A stretch of 64,000 bases of DNA from Eledone cirrhosa (GCA_964016885.1 OZ024740.1:366792001-366856000); one strand, 5' to 3'. Shown: positions 1 through 14,867, counted from the stretch's first letter. The notes: generated by a model not told the origin, from the letters alone. Program-made: numbers and translations.

Positions 1-9
1 TTCATTATC

Positions 10-46
<37 letters not shown>

Positions 47-48
<2 letters not shown>

Positions 49-203
49 CGAAGGAGTTGTGGTAAGGAACCAGATGGGCAATAACGCACCAGAGTACTCA
101 ATACTTAAGGTAGTAGAGTGGGTAACAGGAAAATGTATGACCCCGACGGCAGAGCTCAAGCCGTCGAAACGGCCTGAGCTCTGCCGTCGGGGTCATACAT
201 TTT

Positions 204-207
<4 letters not shown>
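47..207. mobile_element. PLE-derived hairpin mini-element in (TA)n (family copy 1)
   Basis: Arms aggaaaatgtatgaccccgacggcagagctca / tgagctctgccgtcggggtcatacattttcct; homologous to 14614-14809 and (reverse) 56532-56730; (TA)n on both sides. Confidence 0.7.
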
Positions 208-257
<50 letters not shown>

Positions 258-494
258 TAGATAGATATTTATTAGATATATATTCAGATAATGGATATGA
301 AAGAAAGAGTGGGACGAATTATATAACAACATTCTTTCCTGCTAGGTTGGTCTGCCCTATCTGGCTAAACATTCTCCACTCGCTGGTTATATCCATACAA
401 TTGATACACTAGTTGGAATAGAATAGCCACAAAGTCTATGGCATGAAGCAACGCTATACTTACTTTCTCCCGCTTTCACTAACTCACACGTACA

Positions 495-569
<75 letters not shown>

Positions 570-627
570 CCCCCCCCCCACACACACACTAGTCATTTCA
601 GAGAACGGCAGCAGGATAGGATAATTG

Positions 628-669
<42 letters not shown>

Positions 670-1054
670 CTAGCTCTTAATCTATCATAGCGATTCATGT
701 CGAAATCCAAACGCTAAACTCTACAAAGCAATCATCGCAAAGCAGGTGATGTATTAGTTTCAGTGAAGAAACACCAGACTTGTGGTGTAATCCGAGAAAT
801 ATCAAGTTGTTTATTAGTTCTGATGATTGCATCGCTGTTTTTTCATTTTTTTCATTTTCACTCTTGATATAATTTCTTGTGGCAACATTGATTATTATTA
901 TTTCTTTGGTAGATTCACGTAAGTTCTACTGCATCACCTGGTGTACTTCTGTGCCACCTTGTATTCTTATTTTTGTGGGAGTTCGGGGAGTATAATGTTC
1001 TGCATCGATCTTGTTCTGTTATGGGGTTGATTTGGGTTTTTAATTGCTACATCC

Positions 1055-1212
1055 TAGATATCGGTAGAGTGTCGGACAACATACTTTGTGGCATAGAGTT
1101 ATGGCCTTTTACGTTCTGAGTTCAAATCCCACCGAGGTTAGCTTTGCCTTTTATCCCTGACGTGGTCGATAAAATAAACCACAAGTAACGCTCTGGGGTC
1201 GATTTAATCCCT
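1055..1212 (+). mobile_element. tRNA-derived SINE, family A
   Basis: atcggtagag head, B-box gagttcaaatcc, core gctttgcctttt-atcc...gtcgataaaata shared with many copies in the window. Confidence 0.8.
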
Positions 1213-1399
1213 GGGTGGTTCGCCCCCTATAGAGGAATTTATTTCGTTATGTATTTGTTGTTAATTGTTTTTGTTATTGTTTTTATTATTACTTTGATAT
1301 CTCAGTCATTGCTGTTATTCAAACGGGTAGTTAGACAAGGCTCTCGCCAACATGTGTAATGTCAGCTAGGGTAAGTTATATGCAAGCATGAACCTGTTC

Positions 1400-2140
1400 T
1401 CTTGACAGAGGGTGAGGAGAAACGTAGAACTGGTGTACTACATAGATGTTCACATACTGGCCAGAAATGTTAGTTGTGATATTGACTCTTGACTTGTTTC
1501 TTTCTCTGTGGCACAAACTTTTGTGATAGTACATACGGGGAAGTGACTCGCAACACCATATGGCCAAGTGGGATCTGTATCGAAATCAGAATGCTATTCC
1601 GGAGCATATTCCATTGAGAGAGAGGAGAAGGGACCAATAAGACATGTGATGAACAAGAAGAAGCCCAGATGCTACAAGTGTGATAGCAAATGCCGTTTTT
1701 GAGCCTTCTTCTCAGACAAAGAGGAAGCGAAAAAGCGAAAAGAAAAAGAAATGGTCGCAGAATGCAGCAAAAAGAGCACATAGAAAAAGAACAAGCCCAG
1801 GAGGGGAAGACCACGAGAGCCGCTACCGTTGCTTCCAGTGCACTACTAGTTATATCTCCGAAAATGGAGGGAAAGAAAACGAAAATAGAGGGAAGAGTTA
1901 CTAACACCAGAGATCACGGATGACAGAAAAAAACGAGGGTTCTTCCATTTTGGCATTGAACCAGGTAGATGCGGTAATGGTGAGGTGGTAGGGATAGAAG
2001 ACATATAATAAACTGTTAGGGACAGAAAGAAAAGAAAAGAGGTCGCAAAAGTGCAGAAGCAATAAGGAAACAAGGTTCTGAAAGTCCTTCAAGAAATAGC
2101 ACCTACTCTTATTGTATGTCAGGGCCACACAACCGTTCAA
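1400..2140 (+). pseudogene. Possible decayed LINE ORF1 (gag-like zinc knuckle) remnant
   Basis: About 1590-1700 reads AIPEHIPL...VMNKKKPRCYKCDSK, followed by a basic low-complexity stretch; heavily disrupted. Confidence 0.3.
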
Positions 2141-2290
2141 ATCAGTAGAAGCAATATACTGGATAAATGTTTATTTAGCTAAATGAAGAAAGAAAATATT
2201 ATGATGATTGGTTGAGAGATGTGGGAAAGATTATACCGAACACAAAAATGACTGATTATTGAACTAACGAAGGCGATTATTGAACTAACA

Positions 2291-2480
2291 AGGCGATGGA
2301 TTAGCAGTATCGGTAGAGGGTCGGACGCCATGCTTTCCAGCATAGTTACGTCCCTTTACGATCTGATTCAAATCCCGCCGAGGTTGACTTTGCCTTTCAT
2401 CCTTACGGGGTCGAAAAAATAAAGTACCAGTAATGCACTGGGTAATTGCTGGCCTTGTGCCTAAAGTAGAAACAATTATT
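2291..2480 (+). mobile_element. SINE family A, full length, with TSD attattgaactaac
   Basis: Complete head, core and gtagaaacaattatt tail; the same 14-mer lies on both sides. Confidence 0.88.
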
Positions 2481-2711
2481 GAACTAACGAAGAACTCTCC
2501 ACAGAATGTGGGAGACATCGAGGTCCAGCAAAATGCGATGGAGTTCAAATGTAAATCTGAAAGATTCAGGTGGCTGATGCTGATTGTTGTCTCAGTGGTG
2601 AGGTGTTAATAACGAAGCAGCGGATGTGTGTGGGAGGGTTTTATTTATAAGCGCTTTGTGCACCAACTTTTTAACCTGTTTAAATATATAGTGTTCCATT
2701 ATGCTCCTCTC

Positions 2712-3193
<482 letters not shown>

Positions 3194-3454
3194 CTATAGT
3201 TTTCTCTGAGAATGAAGCAGAGCATCTCCGGCAGATATAAATACCAAGTAGTGTAATGCAATATGATGGAAATAAACAAAACAAGAAAAAAAGAAAACAC
3301 ACAGGCATGTAGGTTATACTTCTAAAACAAATAGTAGTGAAAGAAATAGTTAGAGATAGAAGAAATAGTAGATAAAGTAGCATGGAGAAGTAGAAGAAAG
3401 AAATGTCTAGTGGAGGTAGAGAAATAAATAGGTAAATATATAAAAGTGAAAGGA

Positions 3455-3684
3455 AAAACACACACACAAAAAGAAACAAACACACACAACACACACAAAC
3501 ACACACACACACACACACACACAAATACACAAACACACAAAGAAACAAACACACACATACACATACACAAACAAACAAACAAACACACACACACACACAT
3601 ATATATATACTTGTATACATGTATGTATGTGTGTATATATGTATTTATATATATATTTATATACATATATATATATATACATAT

Positions 3685-3761
<77 letters not shown>

Positions 3762-3767
3762 TATATG

Positions 3768-3821
<54 letters not shown>

Positions 3822-3827
3822 TATATG

Positions 3828-3871
<44 letters not shown>

Positions 3872-3930
3872 AATAGATAGATAGATATATAAAATAGAAA
3901 GAGAAAGAGTAGGATTGAGAGAGTGTGTGC

Positions 3931-3964
<34 letters not shown>

Positions 3965-3965
3965 T
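3455..3965. repeat. Compound (CA)n/(TA)n/(TG)n/(GA)n microsatellite
   Basis: Direct reading. Confidence 0.95.
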
Positions 3966-4343
3966 AGTGTGGAAGTGAAAGAGAGAGAAGTGGGAAAAGA
4001 AAAAAAATGAAAAGGAATAAGTATAACAACAATTGAAAGAAAGGCGGGATGGGGGGGGGGGGCAGTAGAAAGTTAGGGGGCAGAATGAAAATGAAAAGAA
4101 GAGAAGCAACTATCAATATCATAATTCTACATCTTCATATCAACGAAATGAAAATTCCATCATATCTATTACTATGTTGATGCGATATTATGAAAATTCA
4201 CACACTCACATACATATACATGCATGCACGTACTCCCATACACCTCCTCATATATGTATATATTTGTATGTATGTATGTATGTATGTATGTATGTATGTA
4301 TGTATGTATGTATGTATGTATGTATGTATGTATGTATGTATGT

Positions 4344-6439
4344 ATTATCTCTTTCTCTTAATTTCGAGTATGTTTATTTCACCGGCCACCTTCCTGGTGG
4401 CAAGGTTGTAAAAGAAAAGAAATTGTCATCCCTTGATTCGCAAGAATGTTTTGCAAATTTTGAAGGTGCCAGCTATCGCAGCCATTTGTAGACTATGAAT
4501 TAGGGAGCTGCGCTCTCTGTCCGCAAATCCAAGTTCAGTCATACTTTGGTCTAAGCGGGTTGGTATATAACCCGTAGCTCCAATAATGATGGGTATGAAG
4601 CTAAAGCTGTATCTTGGATACTGGATTTGTAAACTCCTCATCAATGGTCCGTAGATGTCCTCCTTCTCCTGTATTCTTCTGACAACGTTTACATCAAGTG
4701 GGCAGCTGATCTTCACAACAGAACACGTTTTCAATGTGTGGTCCCAAACAACAATATCAGGCATCAGGCCGGTTGTGCTTTAATTTGGTGGCAGTTTTTA
4801 TTTTCAGGTTCCTTAGTGCCATCTGTCTCAATATATTCTTCCTCGTTTGTTTTCAATTTTGTTTTCCGAAGTGCGTTCCAGACGGTTCTAGCTATCCCAT
4901 CGTGTCTCATGGGGAGGTAGTAGCGAGATGACATTCTTTCGCAGCTGGCAACAATGTGGCTTACATCCTCGATCTTTGTTTTACATAGCCTACATTTATT
5001 GTCAGCTGATGGCCCTCCCCTTTTGTGCAGCAGATATTTGGTAGGGAGTTCTTGTTTCTGTATTGCATAGAGATATCCCTCAAGGTGGGATGTCATAAAC
5101 TTGTCGGAACTCCATGCCAGACTTTTTGAGTGGTTTATCCCCTCTATGGTCTGTGTTTTACGTCTCAAGTATCCATGCACAACTTTTTCTGTAAATTGGT
5201 CAATTTTTTTTCATCTTGTTTGAACATTGAATAGGATCTTCCGATTTCTCTGGGTCAGAGATTTATATCAGGCTTTCCATATCTCTCCTCCAGATCAGTG
5301 GCTATTCTAATGATATTTTTTTTTTCATGCTCATAAACCTGGGCAAGATGGTTGCCAACCTTTTTCCTCTGTTGAAGATGTTGCTTCAGTGTTACATATG
5401 ATGTTAATATGGATTTTAGACACCGGCCACCTTCCTTGCGTGAGAAGTATAGCCTATCCACATCACCATTGATGTTAAAGTTCCCAGTAACACTGAGAAG
5501 TTTGCGAGTTCTAACATCCATCTCACTTAGTTCTTGCAGTGACCAGTTCAGCAGGCCAAATGTTGGCGTTAGAATTAGTATTGTGGGCAATACTAAGCAT
5601 AAGTATTGTGAGCAATACTTAGCATAAGTATTGTGGGCAATGTATTTGTTGTACGCTGACAGTTCTGATGACCATATTTTCTTTACGCTTCTGAGCTATT
5701 CAGTTCTGGTTCTCGCCTTATTTATGGGTCCATCATATCTGACATTCTCATCCTGTCCAAGATATCTGTAGTTGTCACCTGACTGCAGAGGTTGTATTGT
5801 CAGGCCATTCATCTCTAGATTTCTAGAGGAGGGCACAGCTCTTCCACGTTTTACTGCCAAATATCAAACTTGGACTCACCAAATTTCATTTTGATGTCTG
5901 TTGAAAATTGTGTAATGAGGTCCAATTGTTTCTTGATGTCATTGATATTTGGCCCATACAACTTCAGGTCATCAACAAAGAAAAGATGGGAGATACTTCT
6001 GGACCCACTTCTTTGTCCACCTTGTTTCCTGAGTAGGTAAGATAGTGGATTTAGTGAGAGAACGAAGTGTAGCACTGAAAGTTATCACCCTTAAAGATGC
6101 CCTTCTGGTAATGTATCTTATCAGTCTTAACTTGACCCTTCTCACCTCTAAGGATCAAATTGGTGTATCAGTTCTTGGTCGACGTTCAACAGCAGCTACC
6201 AATGGTTGTGGGACTTTGGCTAACGGTAAAGCCTTAACAATCCACCTATGAGGTACACTATCAAATGCTTTTTGATAGTCCAGCCACACCGCAGTCATGT
6301 TTCTGCGATTCTTTGTTGTTTTTTCTTGAATCATTTTATTAGTTAGTAGGTGATCTATGCAACCCCACACCTCCCTCTTTCCCCCAGCTTGCTCAGGTGT
6401 TATGATGTTGTTTGTAGCACAGTGATCCTGTAATAACAG
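4344..6439 (-). mobile_element. 5'-truncated, degenerate R4/Dong-like non-LTR retrotransposon (RT + CCHC + restriction-like endonuclease)
   Basis: EQAGGKREVWGCIDHLL, WLDYQKAFDSVPH, SHLFFVDDLKLY, CRLCKTKIEDVSHIVASC, RHDGIAR, PDIVVWD...KEDIY; several frameshifts; (TGTA)n on both flanks. Confidence 0.88.
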
Positions 6440-6810
6440 TATGTATGTATGTATGTATGTATGTATGTATGTATGTATGTATGTATGTATGTATGTATGT
6501 ATGTATGTATGTATGTATGTATGTAGGTTTGTATGTATGTACGTATGTATGTATGTATGTATGTATGTATGTATGTATGTATGTATGTATGTATGTATGT
6601 ATGTATGCATATATTGTTTAAGATGTTTGATAGGTAACTTACCTCTCTCTCTCTGTATGTATATATATATATATATATATATATTCACATACAGATATGA
6701 TTTTTAATGCAATGAAATATCTATGATCGTTGGCAAATCACTGATGAGGAACTCATTTTATAACATGTTATCCATGTGCAACCTGCAGTATTCTTCTCCC
6801 CATTTTTTCA

Positions 6811-6901
<91 letters not shown>

Positions 6902-7234
6902 AAATGATGATGATTATGATAATGATAACGATCATGATGATGCTCATGGTGGTGGTGGTAGTGGTAATAATGAGGGTGATGATGATGATGACGCTGATAT
7001 TGTGGAAAATGATGGTAGTGATGACGACAACTAAGATGAATGGACGAAATATAGTGGAAAGAATCGATTACGCCAATTTGTATTAAATACGTACGATATC
7101 GAATCTCAACTCCGGATGAGTAGATTTTAGGTAGGCAATGAATTATTGGATTTAAAGGGTCAAAAAGAAAGATAATGAGCGAAAGAATGTTGTTTGGTGA
7201 AATCTAACCCTTTAATCTAAATATAAAGTCTGTC

Positions 7235-7492
7235 TCAAGCCAGAAGGCTCGTCAGGCCCGTGCTTATACCGTTTTGTGGCGTGAAGCGACTGAGAGTATA
7301 AAATCCCCTTGGACAGGACGCCAGTCCATCGCAGGGTTAAACCGCCAGCTATTGCTGGCACTCAATTTCAGCTGGATCAACGGAAAATGAAGTGTTTTGC
7401 TCAAGAACACAACATGCAACACATCCCAGGAATTGAACCCACGACATTATGATCGTAAGTTCAACACTCTTAACACTAGGCCACGTGCCTCT
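7235..7492 (-). mobile_element. tRNA-derived SINE, family B (CORE-like)
   Basis: Reverse strand gives gaggcacgtggcctagtgttaagagtg...gggttcaattcc (A/B boxes), then tgttcttgagcaaaacacttcattt; homologous to 50300-50522. Confidence 0.75.
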
Positions 7493-7745
7493 GAGATCTA
7501 ACCCTACTGTAGCTTATAAGGACTCAATTAATTGGGAAACTTCAATGTTAAACACGGATGTCGTTGGTGTCGTCGTTGTTGTTCTATCGCAAATCAACCC
7601 TGTTCAAGCAGATCATGATCAAAGGCATTTGCAGCCATCTATTGGTATCTATCAACCGTAGCTGATGAAATCCAACTCGGTGTAAATCGATATTTAGAAT
7701 GGTGGCAAAATAAACACAGACAGAAATAAATACACATAAACAAAC

Positions 7746-7915
<170 letters not shown>

Positions 7916-7974
7916 ATACTTGGGGAGGGTCATGTTGTTATAATATTGCTAGAAATAATAACAGAACACACTCA

Positions 7975-8058
<84 letters not shown>

Positions 8059-9179
8059 GTTCTTTCTTCAAAGAGTTAATTAATCCAGGTGGGAGTTATT
8101 TGTAACATAAGAAATGATTAATCCGAGTGTAACCCACTCTTAGCCCTCAACGTAGATAGCGCCAATTCTTAGTGGTATGCATCTTTATATAGAAAGTTAT
8201 CTAAGGCGTATTATCATAGGAGAATTGATACAAAGACAAGAAATTAAATTTCCATAGTTTATTATGTGATATACAATTGTGTTTTTTTCCATAATCTATT
8301 CGGGTTTAGGTAGTTACTGATCATATGAACATCTCTTCATCTCATCTGAATATATGCTAAATGCCATCGCAACAGCATATGATTTTATAGTTACGTCTGC
8401 TGAAGGAATTGCCATATAATCAAGATTAAATAACTATCTAAATCTAATTAGATTGCCAGAATTTCGTCTATATTGTATGTAACCGTTGTGAAGATAGACA
8501 TTTATTTTCCAACTGCCGAATACAACTAACATTAAGTAGATATTAAGTGTCATATTGATCACAAAATATGGAAAATTTGATAGAACATCTTGTGAGACAA
8601 CAATCAATAAAGGGGCCATTATTATGGAACAAGTGACAAATGCAATACTTCTGTTGAATCGTCAAAGGAAAAAGTAGAAAACAATCCTAACAATAACCAC
8701 TTCACTCATTTGTGAAGCCCTTCTATAGAAGGGCTTCTGATAATAGTACTTGAGAGATAAGCTATAAGTGTAAGTGCTGATCGGACTGTATATAACAGAC
8801 GACAAAGGCATTTTTGTTATTATTTAGTCATAATACAGAACTGATCGAGTAGACATATTACGTCAGGCATTTCATCCATAATCATCCTGTATTTTATCCT
8901 GCACGTTTTAAAGATGGTAAAGTGAGACTTTAAGGTTTGATTTATATTTCTAGAAAACTGACTGGCAACGTAGAGACTCTTTCTTTCTTTAATCAAGTAA
9001 ATACATGAATCTGTTGTAAGCTGTCAGTGATGAGTGCAATTTCTTCTGTAAGAAAGGTCTCTTCCGTAAGAGTACGTCGATGAAAACAGCGGTCCAATGG
9101 ATATTTGGGAATGAGTAATATTATTATGGCATTTTTTTATAGGACATAGATAACTCTTATTTTTATTGATTCCGTTTAA

Positions 9180-9419
9180 CTTTTTCATGATCATATTTCT
9201 AATGAAATACACTGTTCGTTTGTGTCAATCAATTTTGGAAATAATCTATTATTTGAAGGGATTTAATAAAAGAACTCGCCTTTTTATTTTTGGAAACTTC
9301 AAAAAATTCTCTTAATTAAAATTATAATGGAGGGTTTTAATTTAGATGTAATTTTGGAAATTTGGAAATTTAGTACGATAAAACTAGAAGCGTTTTAAAG
9401 TGGCTTGAAATGAAAAGGG
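9180..9419. mobile_element. piggyBac-like MITE
   Basis: TTAA at 9176-9179 and 9420-9423; imperfect TIRs ctttttca / tgaaaaggg. Confidence 0.65.
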
Positions 9420-9749
9420 TTAATTTGACACATTTTTAAGTAATAGGACTATGTCTTATTGAATTGGCATTAATATATTAATTGAAAATGTTGATTAAGA
9501 CCAATACTATGAAAGGCGATTACTTGAATTCAGAATTCAGTAGTATAAGTCGTTGCGTCTCGTGTAAAGCAATCATGTAACCACATTTCATCATTGGCTG
9601 GTGTTTTGAGAAAGTACAAAGTCCTTACATTTTAACGAAAGGGTGGAGTCAGAGGTCGTAACGTTCCTAACTTTCTCAAAGACAATAATGTTGTAGGTGA
9701 AGTGAAATCAGTTGAGGTTTTACGGTATTGGTTACAATGGCGTTTACAG

Positions 9750-9970
9750 GAACACCTAATGAGTAAATTTTGCTGCAAGAAACAGCAGCCAAATTCTTCT
9801 TAAACACCACCTTAGCTTCTAAAAAAAAAAAAAAAGAAAGCAGGACGACGCATTTGAAAATGCCGTCCTTATTATACGAAAAGGTGCAATGGTCATCGGT
9901 GGAACTTATTTTCCATAAGTCTATTTATCAGAGCTGATCTGGGACTGAACATCAACAAAGACAATAACAA
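9750..9970 (+). mobile_element. Dispersed SINE-like family C (gaaatagcagccaaa core, AAC-rich tail)
   Basis: Similar diverged copies near 10560-10715, 28800-28950, 41200-41390 (reverse) and 60265-60400. Confidence 0.55.
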
Positions 9971-11029
9971 GTCATAAAATAATTGCGCAAATACGCTATA
10001 TGCGACATCTCGACAGTTCTCCTAGGAGGTATTGAAGCAATCAATGTTTAAGAAAACATTAGCAATCTTCCAAGCATTTCTACTCTTGAAAAGGTCAAAT
10101 AGAATTTATTGATTAATATAATTAAAAACAAATAGACTTCATTATCAAACAGAATTTACAAGTTAACATAATTATAATAAGTAGACACTTTAACGTTTGA
10201 AGGTAAAGTGCCTTTACCGATTCTATCGTTAATAATCCGTATTCTTTATCCAATTACATTATATTAACTGAAAATGTGTAGCCAAAAACGAATTATCAAA
10301 TATTTATATCTTAATATATTTTGCGACGAAAACCAAAATTATTCAAAAGTGACGTGATAAGCACATGGAAAATATTTTGTACAATAACTATTTAGTTTTG
10401 GTTGTTTTTGAGGTTTTTGAGTATAATCATAAAACAAAAATCATTACATACAACCCATAATTTGACTCAGTGACGGATTCAATTTCAATACTAACAGACT
10501 ATTTCACACTAGCTGCTAATTAGAGCCTTCAGTTAAAATGAGAATCGGAGCTAACAGTGAAGCTTCTACATAGTCACTCGATCTGCTAGAAATAGATAGT
10601 AGCCAAACCTTTCTGAAATCACATCCTATCGGATTAAACACCCATTAAAAGGTAAGTCGATAAAAGGGAGTCAAGGCTGAAATGCTTCTAACTATAAATT
10701 TCTGTGACATTGGTCTCAGCAACAACAAATAATTATTTCGAATTTAGGCATAAAGCCAGCAATTTGTGGGATGAGAATGTCGATTATACCGATGCCAGTA
10801 ATTTCCTGGCACTTCATTTTATTGATCTCGAAAGGTTCGGTAGGATTTGAACACAATGTAAAGAACGGGAACAAACGCCGACACCCTAAAGACTCTGTCA
10901 ATCCACGACTCTGAAGTAACAATAAATAACAATCACAATTGTGACCTACATTTACTGCCAAGTTTGAATGAGTAATGTGTGATTTTCATTCTCGGAGTAA
11001 TTTTGAATTTCATTTTCTAGACTGGGAGA

Positions 11030-11245
11030 AATAATGGTTTCTGTTTTACGCACAAGACCAGCAATTTTGGAGGAGGAGAGAGTCGATTAAATCGACCCCA
11101 GTGCATTACTGGTACTTTATTTTACCGACCCCGTAATGATGAAAGGCAAATCTCACCTCAAAGGGATTTGAACTCAGAACGTAAAGGGCCGTAACTATAT
11201 GCTTTTAAAGCATGTTGTCTGGCTCTTTACCGATACTGCCAATGA
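11030..11245 (-). mobile_element. SINE family A
   Basis: Reverse complement of core and B-box; further degenerate or partial copies at about 10735-10880 and 11330-11468. Confidence 0.8.
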
Positions 11246-12225
11246 AACTCAGTACTGCATGCTAACGGATTACTTTTAATTGCATAATAACTATGCAGAT
11301 CAGAACATTCTCTTGGAAATATTTTATATAATTGTTTCTAACACAGGCATAAGGGCAGTAATTCTGGTGGAGGAAAATGTCGATTAAATCAACAATGGTA
11401 ATTTACTGTTACTATTTTTTATCAGGGATGAAAGGCAAAGCTGATCTTGACAGGATTTGAACTCAACGATTCTATATAATCTGTTTGTTCTTGTATCACA
11501 TGACTCAATGAAATTTAATTCTCTCACGCAGTTTCGAATTTGAAACGAACCTCAGGAAAAAAAATACAAAAAAAACGAATCGATTACCAAAATCATTTCC
11601 GATTTCCATTTTAATTCTATAAAGATTGCTTTTAATTCGATTTTTGATTTCAATTTTCGATATATTCTTTTCCTATTACTTCTGATTTCATCTAATGAAG
11701 AACAATTCTGTTATTGCTACTTTGTAGATTCGAATTGGAAAAGGTAAAGCTTTTAAATTCCATAAAACCATTGAAAAAAAAAAAGAACTTGAATTCTAAT
11801 TACGAAACTTGCTAACAATTAAATCGTTTAAAGACCAACAAGTGACCCCCTACACGGTCACTTGACACATAAAAAATATGAAGCAAAGACCCATCAGCTT
11901 TCAACCTATTATTTTAAAAATGAATGTTGTCTTATTTTCACAATATCAAAGAATAAAAAGAGGGTCGTTACCGCTGAAATTTCTTCAATCACAACTCTGC
12001 TTGATCAGGACTGACAAAGGGATAAACAACGATAATAGTGTTAAAGTCATTTCTCAAATATCTATTGCAATTAAAGTCATATATGTTTATTTTAGCTATT
12101 TTTTGTTGTCTATCATTAAAATTCCACGTTTATGAATGACAAGTAGAAACATTTTTGGCAAGCATTCAACTATGTTGAAAGTGTTGAAAGGGTTATTAAA
12201 ACAGTACTCATTGATAAAAAAAATG

Positions 12226-12269
<44 letters not shown>

Positions 12270-12844
12270 GTCCATCCCCACCGCCGTCGCCGCCGCCACG
12301 ACGACGACGACGACCATCACCACCGCCACGACCACCACCACTACCACCACCACCATTGCTACCACTTTATTACTATTAAAACTAAATACAACTCACTTTC
12401 TGGTAAAACTGAAAATAACGTGGAATACTATTCAAGAGTAACATGAGCGTATGGTTTTAAGATTTCGAAATAATGGTTTCACAAATCTCTAGAATTTTAA
12501 AGAATAAAAACCTATATATAAAAAAAAAAATTAACCGTGGCTGAATGCCCAAAACTTCAGACTGTTGAAATGATTTTACGTCAAAATGGCGAAACGTTAG
12601 TGTTTTGAAATTCTCATTAATATTAAAACTTAACTCGATTGCACCAAAGATGGACACGCACACGCACACGCACACGCACACGCACACACACACATGCACA
12701 CATAAGCACGCGCGTACACGCACACACACACGCACACGCACACATATGCACGCGCGTACACACACACGCACACACATATCTCTCTCTTTCACTCTTTCTC
12801 TTTCTATCTCCCTCTCTCTCTCTCTCTCTCTCTCACACTCTCTC

Positions 12845-12928
<84 letters not shown>

Positions 12929-12942
12929 TATGCATATATATA

Positions 12943-12973
<31 letters not shown>

Positions 12974-13469
12974 TTGTGAGTATGAAAATAAGTGTTTTTC
13001 ATCGTGAGTAAAAATATGAAGAAACGTTGAAAATGCACTTGGAGTCTTTAAGAAGATTTCTTTGCATTAACATAAACAGTTTCACAATTTCATGATTTGA
13101 AAAGTAGAGAAATGAAAGGATGGAAAGGACGTAGAGCAATGCCGTAACTGTTTCGCTTCAGACCGGAGTTTGAAAATTTGCTCGTCTTTATTTTGAGATC
13201 TTGTCCTAAATTGTTTGATCATTTGGAGATGGTCACGAGGCCAGAGATAGAATTTTGTTAGTTTTCCGTACGTCCGTATATTAGGGTCTTGTGACAATAT
13301 GAAAAATCATTTCGTAAAAAGTAATGCAGTGAATGTGTCACGTGATTGTCCAATAATTAAGGCTGTGTAAATTTATTGGATATATCATGTAATCAAATAT
13401 ACAATTGTATTTATTTGTATTCATTTGTATACATGGTTGTCTATATGTTTGTGTGTGTATAGTATTTTG

Positions 13470-14010
13470 TTAAAATTTATTCAGTTGTGAGTAATTTTGC
13501 ACCAGCAAGTAGTTTTTTAAAGCGATTTTGGTTGTGTTTTGCTCTCGATTATATTTTGTATTTTGAGTATTTTTTTCCATCTTGGGTATTGTCTCACTAG
13601 TTAAGTGTTCTGGTGGCTAATGTATTTTTTAGATTCTGTGTTGTAATATACGATAGAGTGTTGAGGGCATCTTGAATGTCTATTCCTTTGATTTGGCAGA
13701 ATCGGTTGACCGCCAGACAACATGCTAAGCGGTTCTGAGTTCAAATCCCGCCAAGGTTACCTGTGTCTTTCATCTTTACGGGGTCGATAAAATAAAGTAC
13801 CAATAATGCACTGGGGTCGATTTAATCGACTTTCTCCCAAAAAATATTTGTTGGCCTTGTGCCTAAATCAGAAACCATTATTTTTCAAGAAGTATACGTT
13901 TTAATTCTTGGAGTTTATATCCCGAATTTCTTAAATTCGAAACAATTGAACAGATTTTTCTTGCTAGATTAAACGCTGTACCTGTTTTTGTAAGTTTTGG
14001 ATCCAATCCA
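13470..14010 (-). mobile_element. Degenerate PLE (Neptune-like) RT C-terminal remnant interrupted by a SINE
   Basis: Minus strand reads AFNLARKICSIVSN...LQELKRILLE and IIESKTQPKSLKKLLAGAKL. Confidence 0.55.
13692..13883 (+). mobile_element. SINE family A
   Basis: ttggcagaatcggt head, B-box, core and tail. Confidence 0.82.
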
Positions 14011-14119
14011 GAGCCTTCTCATTACTGTTGTGGGAACTCCTCCCTGGTTGACCTCCAGCACTTTTGGTTTGGTGTTGGTTATGTCAAAGGTGTAGCCGTG
14101 GCTAATTGCGGGTTGGTAA

Positions 14120-14312
14120 GCCTATTTAACCCATTGTTGACTCTGAGGAATTCATCCGCCATTTTAACTGTTCTTATTTTTTTGTTTTTGTGCTGCTGGG
14201 GTTCCACTTAACCTCCTTACCTGACCAATATCTAGTGAAGTGCCGGTTTATTGGTCGACGACGCGACCATGAAGCGGGTTGTACTGAGTTACACGGTACC
14301 AGTAGCAAGCAG
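14120..14312 (-). mobile_element. RTE-type LINE 5' leader fragment
   Basis: Reverse complement matches 15580-15750 and 49455-49630. Confidence 0.55.
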
Positions 14313-14613
14313 AAGTCTGACCTGACCATATGTTTTGAGTAGTTTGAAGTAAATATCAAATATTATTTGGAGACGGTTGGTTGATAATAAATCTAGAATT
14401 CAATATCCGTGTTATTTGATGATTAAAATGTGCAGGAAGGTAGTAGGTATTGACTATATTCCACTGTGACGTGAATATTGTTATTTATGCTATTAATTAG
14501 GATTTTGTTTAGGCTTGTTTATGATATTAATTAAAAGACACAGATACAAGCTCTGATAATAGAGAATAACCGTCCTTAGGACTCACACACAGATAACTAT
14601 ATATATATATATA

Positions 14614-14809
14614 TAACAAAGGAATTGTGGTAAGGAACCAAATGGACCATAACGCACCAGAGTACTCAATACTTAGGATAGTAGAGTGGGAAATAGGAAA
14701 AAGTATGACCCCGACGGCAGAGCTCAAGACGTTTCGACGGCTATTTCTGGACCAGAAATAGCCGTCGAAACGGCTTGAGCTCTGCCGTCGGGGTCATACT
14801 TTTTCCTAT
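14614..14809. mobile_element. PLE-derived hairpin mini-element in (TA)n (family copy 2)
   Basis: About 58-bp arms around 14751: ...gtttcgacggctatttctgg a ccagaaatagccgtcgaaac...; homologous to 47-207. Confidence 0.75.
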
Positions 14810-14867
14810 ATATATATATATATGACAAGTAAGTATGTTTTGAAACAGTGAGCAGGTTTGAAATTAG

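Noticed and set aside
2291-2375. tRNA genes at gttcaaatcc motifs
   Set aside because: These are SINE heads with no complete cloverleaf, joined to SINE cores
6742-6765. CUGAUGA-GGAACUC as an HHR
   Set aside because: No GAAA or stem III follows; the same applies to ctgatga at 7662 and 29899
8060-8720. Possible decayed coding or transposase sequence
   Set aside because: Short peptide-like runs only; no motif I can assign
13080-13360. Unique segment with CACGTG and CCAAT as a promoter
   Set aside because: Short motifs expected by chance; no supporting exon
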